From: Mytilus edulis
Lineage: Eukaryota
Length of the DNA stretch: 64,000 bases
NCBI RefSeq assembly: GCF_963676685.1
Contig: NC_092349.1
Location: 50,778,001-50,842,000, forward strand
Direction of reading: 5' to 3'
In this document: piece by piece, positions 36,601-46,589 of the stretch
How the letters are laid out: the number at the start of each line of letters is the position of its first letter
Position numbering within the stretch: position 1 is the stretch's first letter
Translations under genes and position numbers: made by a program
The notes under the pieces: model-generated
The model's input: the letters and a program-made list of their open reading frames with translations, nothing else
What the model was told of the DNA's origin: nothing
Database searches by the model: none

Positions 36601-38932
36601 ATATATTTAGTACAAAATACAGCTATTTTGTATATCTAATAAAGGTTGTTTTTCCAGTCTGTATCACCTACCCTGTATCGCATACCCCGTATCGCATAGC
36701 TAAACCCGTATCGCATACCCCGTATTGCATGGTAAAACCCGTATCGCATACCTTTTTTTTTTTTTTTTTTTTTTTACATAAAGTTTTTTTTTTTTTTTTT
36801 TGCTTAAGAAAAAATGTCCTCAAAATAGGTCATTTTTTAATGACGTCATTGTTTGGTATGTAACGTCACGAACGTCAAGTTTTCATATTGTATGTGACGT
36901 CACGAACGTCAAGTTTTCATATTGTATGTGACGTCACGAACATCAAGTTTGCATATTTTTTGGCACACTAAATGCAACTATAAAAAATACAAAACACTCA
37001 AATAAATACAATAATAAACAAAATATTTTTAAAACAGCAGCAGGCAAATGGTAAGGTAACCCAGGTGCTTTGTATAAGCAGTTATTTTAAGGCTTTGAAC
37101 CAAGACAAAAGCAGAACTGAAGGTAACCCAGTGCTAATCTATCGGGATCAGAAAACAGTTCATATAATATAATACTCTTCTGTTGAAATATATGATAAAG
37201 CGTATAATACATGGCAAAATCCGTATCACATGCCGTATCACCCTCGACCAATATCATCCCTCGGGCCTAAAGGCCCTTGGGCTGATATTGATGTCTCGGG
37301 ATGATACGACATATGATACGGATTTTGCCATGTATTATTCTCTATATATAATACTATCACTTAAAATACTGTCGATTAATCAAAGAACCCTTAAATCACT
37401 TTTACAAAGAAATCCGGAATAATTGACATAATCCGGTTTAATGTTATAAATAAAAGGAGAACACCTATTTGGCTACTATTTTTCTAATTTACTAAAGTAT
37501 ATTTATAGATACATCTTATATCACTATTGTTAATTCGAAAAGGATATTAAATAACTGACGTTCATTGGATTTAAAAACAATGTAATGCTAGTAGTTAAAG
37601 GCAAAAGTAACATCATTGTTTGAAGCGACAAAAAATAAATATAAGAAAAGCGTTAATGGTTACTGATTTAATTAAGCTTAACATTCAAGTTGAAAACTTA
37701 CAGATATAAACTACATCATATCTATTTAGCATACGTGAATACTGTTGTAATCCGCAGACACAGGTATATGTAGAGTTGAAGTCATCAAATGATAGATTTG
37801 TTATCTTCAGACCATAATTCAGAATAGTATCACCGGTTATTTCATACTTTGTCGGATTTGTAGAGACATTATTGAAAGATAACACTTTGTAGTCCCGTCC
37901 TCCAATCCACTTTTTACCACCTCTAGATAGACAGGAAGTTCCATTACATTTCAATAATGCATCTTTGCCATTGATTATATATTTCGATTCTATATACCAT
38001 TCTACTATAAAATGAAAATGCAACGATGTATAAAAATGCAAAGATAGATAAAAATTAAGACATATACTATATACCATTCAGTACCTTTACTCTGTAATAT
38101 CACTTCATTTGTTTGCCAATGAAAATCCATAGCGTGCATATAAAGGAGGGACGAAAGATACATGATTAACAGTCAATCTCATAGATCGAAAATAAACTGA
38201 CAACGCCATGGCTACAAAAGAAAAAGACAAACAGACACATAATAGTACACTAGACAACAACGTTGAAATCTAAAGACTAAGCAAGTCGAGCCCCACCAAA
38301 AACTGGGGGGGGGGGGGATCTCAGTTAAGTAATCTCTGTAAAGTGCCCTTTTGTTTTCTTTGCATTTCTCATGTATTGAAATGGTACATATATATCTTTT
38401 ATATGTAAAAAAAAATCAACAAAAAGCATATTTCTTGATTATTTCAAAGAGAGATACATTTCATAAACATTGTTTATTATGTGCATGCGTGTTGTAAAAA
38501 CAATTTTCTGCAGCTCCCGTGGTTGATTTGAGCATATCACAATATGGCCATCAATCGACCTTCCCGTACTCTTAGTAGGACCACAACGTTTCGGGTTTTA
38601 CATAACGCAGCTTCTTTCGGTAAGGAGAGTGATAAAAAAAGACGCTTACTGACAGACTGTAATGCACCTACATGACACTAATTTAACATATCACTATATA
38701 ATATAATCATCCAAAAGCTTATCATCTGTACTTTCTGTTTCGCCCGTTCATAGATAATTCGTACATTGCAACTTTTGTTAAATGAAGGCTAAGGTCAAGA
38801 ATGATCAATCTGATTTAAACAAGAATTAAACAAAATTCCCTTGCTGAGAACCATAATACAATACTTACCTTCTGAAACTGTGAACGAGCAAAGATATATC
38901 GTCGTATATATAAACATATATATTCTTATCAT
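21508..38932 (-). CDS. Spliced host gene: type I membrane protein with signal peptide, Ig-like domain, second Cys-containing extracellular domain and TM helix (~264 aa). join(complement 38869-38932, 37702-38004, 28572-28666, 25073-25289, 21508-21623)
   Basis: Five stop-free exons with canonical AG/GT boundaries and matching intron phases (1,1,0,1). Total 795 nt = 264 aa plus stop. Domain order SP-Ig-domain 2-TM is coherent. Assembled by eye, no transcript evidence. Confidence 0.8.
22330..22900 (+). mobile_element. Penelope-like RT C-terminal (thumb) fragment with 3' region
   Basis: NYPQLSSNKPTSPAYGIRISQLIRYSRA*S*YSDF, homologous to 26208-26559. Confidence 0.7.
25073..25289 (-). CDS. Coding exon 4: TPSRSN...DCNGFVDVFCEVGPLNYT...DNCK
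   Basis: ttttag| acceptor (phase 0) and AAAG|gtaagt donor (phase 1); 217-nt open frame with three Cys and N-glycosylation sequons (NIS, NYT). Confidence 0.78.
25454..25839. mobile_element. Kolobok-type MITE
   Basis: TTAA|GGATGTTTGCT ... AGCGAACATCC|TTAA: short TIRs, GG/CC ends, TTAA TSD. Confidence 0.75.
26208..26826 (+). mobile_element. 5'-truncated Penelope-like retroelement: RT C-terminus and 3' UTR
   Basis: LHLEIDNEG..KTKLYD.R.D.SF.IVNF.FLSSN.PAAPAYGVYISELIR.SRAC...FYGRHHELVDRY. Boundaries defined by the uninterrupted paralogous flank at 30959-31360. Confidence 0.85.
28572..28666 (-). CDS. Coding exon 3: (Y)PPHIATKAISKEFLKVEMNVYPLQKCYLLFT
   Basis: ttttttag| acceptor (phase 1) and |gtatgt donor (phase 0); open frame; VYP.xxC motif resembles the start of a second Ig-like fold. 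Confidence 0.72.
29126..29705. mobile_element. Kolobok-type MITE; truncated second copy at ~29808-29885
   Basis: TIRs AGGAGTAGGTTCAGTAAG and CTTACCGGACCTACTCCT, flanked by TTAA-like tcaa/ttga. Confidence 0.7.
30529..30935. mobile_element. Hairpin MITE with CAC..GTG ends and TA flanks
   Basis: TA|CACAGCTACTT..TGCATAGG and CCTATGCAAGTAGCTGTG|TA; imperfect inverted arms of ~140 bp. Confidence 0.8.
31400..31652 (-). mobile_element. Penelope-like RT C-terminal fragment
   Basis: YISQLIRYSRACSHYTDF...QKLLQKGY...FYGHHHKLVDLY. Confidence 0.8.
32888..33060 (-). mobile_element. Truncated Helentron-associated element (HINE / pearl-like)
   Basis: Terminal hairpin ATGCCCCATTTATGGGCAT next to a (GTTC/GTCC)n microsatellite. 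Confidence 0.6.
34228..35750 (-). mobile_element. Penelope-like element 3' portion: RT at ~35100-35750 plus long 3' UTR (repeat family C)
   Basis: FLLDNIYVRFG.KVY, RYHDDI (YxDD), YPKEL.L, YLDLDI, IYDKRDDFSF..VNF..L.GN.P..PSYGVYIS.LIRY. The UTR matches copies at ~52160-52700, ~57408-57960, ~62160-62500 and ~21780-22030. Confidence 0.82.
35998..37346. repeat. Tandem duplication (750-bp period); each unit ends in a ~145-bp palindrome
   Basis: ORFs at 36433 and 37183 are near-identical. Palindrome taatacatggcaaaatccgtatca...gggcctaaaggccc...tgatacggattttgccatgtatta at ~36450-36595 and ~37200-37345. Confidence 0.9.
37702..38004 (-). CDS. Coding exon 2: Ig-like (V/I-type-like) domain
   Basis: ttttatag| acceptor and |gtaagt donor; 303 nt, symmetric phase 1-1. 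Pattern LLKC..KKW..YGLKITNLSFDDFNSTYTC matches Ig B-strand Cys, C-strand Trp, E-strand LxI and F-strand D..YxC. Confidence 0.88.
38869..38932 (-). CDS. Coding exon 1: signal peptide MIRIYMFIYTTIYLCSFTVSE
   Basis: tgtag|gATG acceptor just before the ATG; hydrophobic 21-aa leader; phase-1 donor GAAG|gtaagt. Confidence 0.75.
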
Positions 38933-41728
38933 CCTACAATATATGAAATATAATATAACACGGACAAATAATACCAGTAATATATTTGCCAATTCCCGTA
39001 ATTATGGTAAAGGATCACGACACTGTATTTAGAGATCCATTTTTAGTTGTGTCCTTTGTGAGGGACATTAATTTTCATTTAAAATGAATAGCTAGTAGGA
39101 AGTAAAAAAAACATTTGCAGCATTTGAGTAATCTCAAGTTTTTCAAATCTTTTAATTACAAATGTATATTAATTTGTTGTTGAGGTAAATACTTTTGACA
39201 TCAGAAATCATTATTCATTAAAATTAGCTAAATCGCCATGCAACAAGTCACTTTCAATTCCTCATGATTTGCATTGACAAAAGCCAATTGTGTCAAGTAT
39301 AGAACCAGCCTACGATTGACAAAGGGAAGTAATTTGTTTACAAAATATGTAATAACTGAATCAAATCGGTAATTGACAAATGGACTATTGAAACTACAAC
39401 ATATTGTTTAAAAAAATGTGTTTTTTATTTTGATAAAAGATACCTATCAAGTAATTTGTGCTATTTTAGTGTTGTCAAATCGTTTAATTTTGCCTTACCA
39501 GTTACTCGGATAATCGATCGACCGATTAACCGGTTAGCCGATAGTTTTAGTTGATCTTTGAATGCCTTATATAAGTACCCTACACATAGATATAAGAAGA
39601 TGTGGTATGAGTGTGAAAACCTTCCATCTAAGTCATACATTTACGTTTTTGTAATACGATGAATTGAAGTTTGTCATTTGGTGTAATACGGCTTGTCTGA
39701 AGATTCCTGACGAAGTTTGGCTTTAAATAATCAAATACACGTCCATATCAATTACGGCGTTTGTATTAACTTCTTGATCTTGGAGAATTTAATATGTCTG
39801 AAAACAATGCTTCTTTCATTTTCTCTTGTTGTCTCCAAAAATAACGTGGAGTGTTTCAATTTGAAATGATTAAGCCTGTTACTCGTACTATCAAGTATAC
39901 ATTGATTACATTCACATTGGTTTGCATTGCACAATGTTTTAGTAAGCATTTCGTTTAAAGTATGACAAAGCCTTACACGACGGAGATTGCAAATTCCTAT
40001 CTAGATTTACACAATATTAGAACAAAAATGAAACAATAAAGTAAATAGTAAAATTTAATTTTATATTTTTGGATTAACAATAGCAATCAATATACTGAAC
40101 AATTGATCTGCCAAATTAATTTACACGATGACAATTTAAAAGAAAACATAACTTTTTAATGATTTCAATACAAATTTATATTAAATCTATCAAAATTGAA
40201 AAAAAGTCCGGTTAACCGGTTAGCTGTTTTGGTATTCGGTCCGGTAAACCGTTGACAACGTACACTACTTATTTAAAAAAAAAAGCGTTGTTTTCCTCAA
40301 AAGCAGGATAACTTTTGCTAAAAAAGTAACAGAAGAAAAACAATATACTTCGGCTTCTAAGGATAAATTCTCTGATTTAAGTTCGTGCATTGCTGAATGA
40401 AGTCATTATTTATCTTTTTTGGTTACCAATTTGTTCTTTACGTAATTTGCAAGTTTCGGATATATATATTTTTGAGTTATTGATGCGACTCCGCTGAAAG
40501 GATTATAAAGACTAATATACCAAAACGATAGTTAATATACAATTATGACCTGCTGAGTAGGTAAACATCCGAATGGTCGACCCGAGTAAGAGTTATTTCA
40601 CGAGGGCTTTAGGGTTTTGGATATGCACAGACTCAATAAGCCATAGTTGTTTTATTTTACCGAACGAACATACAAATTATTACTATTAAAAGTAAATATT
40701 GTTACTGATTGTCAAAACACTTACATAAGACAACTATTTTGTGTTTGTTAACATTTTACGTATGTATAACAAAGGTAGACCTTTTTTTCAAAAATATAGT
40801 TGGCCCTGAAAAGGCCGTCTACAAGAGGTTTCGTCGATGAATTGTGAAGTCTTGTATGGTCTTGTTCTGTCGTCACTTGATGGACTTCTAACATGACCGT
40901 TGCCATAATTATTTTTTCTGTCGTTTAGTTACATTATACTTTAAAGGGAGTCAACTCTTGATCATTAAGTACGACAAGGATTATTTCCCAGTGAATAATA
41001 GAATTGTTTGATAGAGGCCTCAATTTGTCTTTGTTATTTACCCGGGAACAATAGGGTTGTTCATTTTGTCAGTGTTATTTATCGCTGCTGCCAATTTTTG
41101 GAAGAAACATCGAAACGAAACTATGGCACGTGATTCCGTATTAGCCAAGCACGTATGTAAAATATAATGTGAGGTTTTAAAATATATTTTATTCAATAAG
41201 AACCTCACCAAGTAGTGACGAAAAACAACGAAAAGACAATACACAATCTTAATCACTTTATACAAAATCAATATGAACCCAACAAAAAACCCGACTTTAT
41301 ATCTATGTATTGTTGGAGGGTACTACTTGCACATTTCGTGTTGCTCATTTCACACACCAGGTGCATGATGTAGATTTTGTTTTGTTTTAACGACACTTTT
41401 AAGTACCGCATTGAGGCTATTTTGTGGCGGCCAGTTTTTATTGTTGGAGAAAGCTGCATGATGTAGAACAAGAACTGCCTGCACTACTGGAGCACTTGAT
41501 ATCACCTTTGAGTTTGCGGTTCTTGTTTTCTAAGTCTTTAGATTTCTATGTTGTATTTACTGTTCTTTGTCTTTTCGTCTTTTAGTTTTTTTTTGTAATA
41601 TTGTTGTTAGTTTATTTTCGACTTATATATATACAATATTAGGTAAATGTTAGAAATTATAAACTTTTTTGTATGCACCTGAGAAACTGGGGAAGGGCGA
41701 GGTTGTACCGAGCCATTCCCCAGTGTTG

Positions 41729-44078
41729 TGTGACAGTGGAAAAAGCAGCTTCGTTTATTATTTTGGACTTTAATACAAAATTCTCAATTGTTATATTTTA
41801 GACTTTAATTCTCTGTGTTTTATAATTCATTTTATTTTATAATTTCGTTTCTATTTACATTTCGTATCCAGGACTTAAAATCAACATGCTTTTTAATTCT
41901 TAGTTTGGACATTGAGTGACATGTTTCAATCTGTTACCTAATTAGTGACATTTTATCTTATTCATAATGTATGTTCTTAATTGTCATAATCAGATTATCA
42001 TTTAATATCTATTCTTCAAGTTCTAAAAATAGTTTAATCTTTGTCAGTGAACAATATCACTCAAATTAATTGTTATTTGTTATGTCCATACTTGTTAATT
42101 CAATTGTGTATAAATACTTGTTTATAATTTCTATAAGCAAGATTTGGACTCAGGACTTTACACTGAACACAGTCCATCTGTAATAAAAGTATTCGTATTC
42201 CATGCTGAATTATTTGTTTATTCATCGCTAGTTCCAGAGTCTCAGAAGTTAGTTTTCACCAGAGTTTCAGTCTCAGAGTTCTCATTGCTATTCACAGCAA
42301 TCGTTCGTTGTGTGATCAGGTGCATCACACAGTTTCAGTAACAAGAGGCCATTCAGTCAGGCTCTTGTTGCACACCCGACAAGTCACCCAGTTTCCCCGG
42401 TGACATTTTGGTGGACGACGACGGCGTGCTGACTTCTATGCTCAGCACACGATCCAGAGACCTCAAGCAGCCAAGCGAGTTCCCAGACAAGTAGCGTAGG
42501 CAATATTCAGCGATGGAGTACAGCTTTCGACCACAATGGAGACCATGGAACATCCAGTCAGGTGACAGTCCAGCATGTGGGAGATGCGGTAAATTTCATA
42601 AACATTATATTGTAACTCGATCAATCAAAGATGTTATTCGTGTGGAAAATTCGGACATTATTCCACTAAGTGTTTTTCAAAAGCAGCTAAGGACATAAAA
42701 CGTACAACAGTTCATGTGAAATCAAGAAAGCAAAAGCAGCGCGATTCAGCTAGGATAGACAGCTATATTGAACGCAAAAACATCATCCGAGCTTTACCGT
42801 TCTCAGGTATGAGAAATTCAGCGTTCGTGCAATATTTGGACATTGCAAATGTGCTCAAAACAGAACTAAAAAGTGTGAAGCAGAAAATTTCAAAGGAAAG
42901 GAATACAAATCTAGAACAGCAAAAGTGCATCGAGGCACTCAAAATTCAATTAAAGAACCAGCAAACCATCGAATCAGAGAGAGACCAGTTCAAGCAAGAA
43001 CTCGAAAACCTTCGTCAACAGAAAGAAGAAAGTGCTTCGCGTATAAACGTACAGGAATATGTGAATCAAATTCAAGAATTACAGGAGCAATTAATTGAAA
43101 AAGACGGGACTGTTAAAATGGTACAAGATCTTTACTTTATGCGTTCAACCGAATTTACAGACGAAATACAAACATTGAAAAATGAAAAATCAGACCTTCA
43201 TTCCAAACTTCAATCTCAAGAAAATTCTGTCAAACAGCTGACAGAAGAACTGCAAAGCCTTCGGCATGAAAACTACTTGTTGTCTTCAAGTCAAAATCAA
43301 CAGCGACCCAACTATAACAACAGACACTATAACAACCGCAGAGGCGGCCGATTTAGATAGTGCTAAGTCCGAGGACGGACTTAATTGGGAGGAGAGGCAT
43401 ATGTGACAGTGGAAAAAGCAGCTTCGTTTATTATTTTGGACTTTAATACAAAATTCTCAATTGTTATATTTTAGACTTTAATTCTCTGTGTTTTATAATT
43501 CATTTTATTTTATAATTTCGTTTCTATTTACATTTCGTATCCAGGACTTAAAATCAACATGCTTTTTAATTCTTAGTTTGGACATTGAGTGACATGTTTC
43601 AATCTGTTACCTAATTAGTGACATTTTATCTTATTCATAATGTATGTTCTTAATTGTCATAATCAGATTATCATTTAATATCTATTCTTCAAGTTCTAAA
43701 AATAGTTTAATCTTTGTCAGTGAACAATATCACTCAAATTAATTGTTATTTGTTATGTCCATACTTGTTAATTCAATTGTGTATAAATACTTGTTTATAA
43801 TTTCTATAAGCAAGATTTGGACTCAGGACTTTACACTGAACACAGTCCATCTGTAATAAAAGTATTCGTATTCCATGCTGAATTATTTGTTTATTCATCG
43901 CTAGTTCCAGAGTCTCAGAAGTTAGTTTTCACCAGAGTTTCAGTCTCAGAGTTCTCATTGCTATTCACAGCAATCGTTCGTTGTGTGATCAGGTGCATCA
44001 CACAGTTTCAGTAACAAGAGGCCATTCAGTCAGGCTCTTGTTGCACACCCGACAAGTCACCCAGTTTCCCCGGTGACA
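41729..44078 (+). mobile_element. Non-autonomous LTR retroelement without pol, 2350 bp, very young
   Basis: 677-bp LTRs (41729-42405, 43402-44078), TG...CA, no differences seen by eye. 4-bp TSD GTTG. PBS-like TGGTGGACGACG 3 nt after the 5' LTR. Polypurine tract GGGAGGAGAGG just before the 3' LTR. Confidence 0.95.
42513..43360 (+). CDS. Internal ORF of the LTR element: tandem zinc knuckles, long coiled coil and N/R/G-rich tail (~282 aa), one frameshift near 42600-42610
   Basis: CGRCGKFHKH in frame 0 joins YCNSINQRCYSCGKFGHYSTKC in the -1 frame, which stays open through the 214-aa E/Q/K-rich ORF ending YNNRRGGRFR*. Confidence 0.75.
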
Positions 44079-46589
44079 GTTGTGCCGAATACAAAAAAGG
44101 TTTATATTTTTATGACATTAAACTAATACTGTTTTTATAATGCAACTTAAAATAATTTATTGATAACTTTTTAAATCGTAACATAAATTAATCCCTTAAT
44201 AAGTCCCTAGTTGTGGCGAAAGTGTTCCATGATGAAATTGACATTACACAAAATATAGCTGTGTTACTAAATTTAGGAAATAAAAACAACTAGTTGCAGT
44301 TAAAACGAAGAAATCCTCAAAATGAATCATTTTGATTATTTGTAACTATAGGATGTATAGTTCGAATGATAATGCAACTTTCTAGACTGACGTTATGGAT
44401 TTCAATTATAATCTATGTATTCCTGCTAAACTATTAAGGTTTATGACCCCTTCTGTAGCCATTTTTATAAGAAATTTTCAAACTTCAATTGTATCAAAAC
44501 TACAGATATAATGAATAATAGAGACAAGTCATTTTGTACATTTACCGAGGGGAAACTTGATGCAAAGCATTATAATTGACTGTTTCATTGAAATCAATAG
44601 AAAAAGAGTACTTAGTGGCAAATAAACCAAGATTTTTATAGAAAATCCACAGCCTTTATTACAGAGATTTTTGTTCTAAAATTTGAAACATATATTACTC
44701 ACTTGCTTTTCTATGATGTGCTAGTGTTTATTTTTTACAACAATTTCTAAACATCCTTTAGATTCCAAAATACCTCGTGCTGAGTAACTAAAGTCGAACG
44801 CACCCTAAAGGTGTACTTGATTTGGCTATATTTTTTATTAGTTTTAACCAATACTTACATAAATAAACTTGTTTTAATGAGATCAATGCTAGCACTGCAT
44901 GCAGCAATACTACATCTATCAGTCGTCAAATCGCCAAATACGAGAAAACAAGGATAAAGACTGTGGATTTTCTTTAAAATTTCCATATGTTTAGCATTGA
45001 ATCAACACAAGGGTATATAATCCTTAAGGTTCCGCTAAGGTAAAAATTTCAATCTGGTGGTGCAATTATCAAATGTACATGTTTTGTACCTTCAACAAAT
45101 TACTGAGGGGTGAAATGTTTTCAAATTTTGGAATTTTTACCATTATTTGTGTTAACATACAGGGCTTGTATCAAACCTTAAAATTCACTACACTATTCCA
45201 ATGTTTAAAGTTGAAAATGCATCTTCACAACACACATTTTTTCAAAAAACAGAACATTCTTACATCAGTGTTATATCACCCAAAATTGGCACCGAGTATT
45301 CTTTATATTTCAATGCAGGTCGAGCTATACCTTCAACTTGCTAAAAGACATCTGTCTTTCTATTAAGTTAAGAATAAAAGAGTGTCTCACGCTGTTGGAT
45401 AGCCGCCATTATTACAATGTTGTTGCATGATTGAATTTTTACTATTTACAGTTGTTTAATTTGCTTGATCTCCCTTGACACTTTATGACTTGCAAATTCA
45501 TTTGTGTATGAGAATATTTAGCTGTAATTTAAAAACATATTTTACCATTTACACAGTAAAATAAACTGTTGAATTGGATGTTCTGTGATCCTTCTGAAAA
45601 CGAAAGTAGAAGTTCATGATCTGATATCACACCGCACTTTCGAATATAACAAAAATAGCATTTTTTTTAAATTGAATGATTGTTTTGATAATTTTCATTA
45701 TATATTTCAGGTCAATTAAGTTTTTGGACATTAAACAATCGATTTAATCATTAAATTCTAATGCGAAAGAAATAACTATATGAGAGAACTCACGTCCGGT
45801 TTGAAGAAGTACGGTTGATCTTTTGATCAAGTGAGTAAACATTGGGAAAATATCACTTTATTTGGTAAGGAATTGATCCTATATATTCAAATATTTGTTT
45901 AGTAAATATATATCGCTAAAAAGCAATCATCAGATGTCACAGTTAAGTCCTTAACGGGAAAATAAATACAATGTAGACCAAACAGACATGTTTACACATG
46001 TTTCATTTTGGTGAGTTTGTATTACTTTTAAATTAAATATTATTAAAATTATGGAAATTAGAATGGTTAAAATATGGGTAAGAAACACATTGCAACCTAG
46101 GTAAGTGAAAATAAAATTATATTTAAAAATGTTAAAAAAACGTGTATGGAAAGCAAGGTTGACAAAAGGAAGCCATTACATGTTTTGACAATATCAAAGA
46201 AGAATTTATTATGGGCAGTAAAAGTAAAAAGAACAGTGTTTGGTAGAAGTTTGGGTAGGCATAGCAGAGTAAGGAGAGGGAGGTATTTAGAATTAAAAAA
46301 AGTCTAGAAACATCAAAAAAGACATTTTGAAGATAAAGATAAAGGAAATACATAATTTCTATGGCACTACTTTGAAAAAAAAACCAGATGTCAGTCATCT
46401 CTATTTATACCGCATTTTCCTATGGTGATAACTTCAGAATGAGTATACGCAAAGTTAAAGACCTTATTCCAAAAGGATACAGAATGATGAACTAAGACTG
46501 TTTGCAATCACATGTTTCGGAAATAACAATGCATGTATGTTTATGTGTAGAGGCAATGAAGATTTCGTCTGAAAGAAAAACTATCAAGC

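Noticed and set aside
39468-40262. hAT-like MITE (tagtgttgtcaa...ttgacaacgta with aaccggtt motifs)
   Set aside because: The TIR match is short and no 8-bp TSD is visible; too weak to list as a feature.
42716-43360. Host myosin/SMC-like coiled-coil gene
   Set aside because: It is intronless, enclosed by LTRs with PBS and PPT, and in frame with an upstream CCHC knuckle, so it is element-encoded.
42144-44014. Duplicated 65-aa gene (42144-42341 and 43817-44014)
   Set aside because: Both lie within the LTRs, start at TTG and have no protein features; identity reflects LTR identity.
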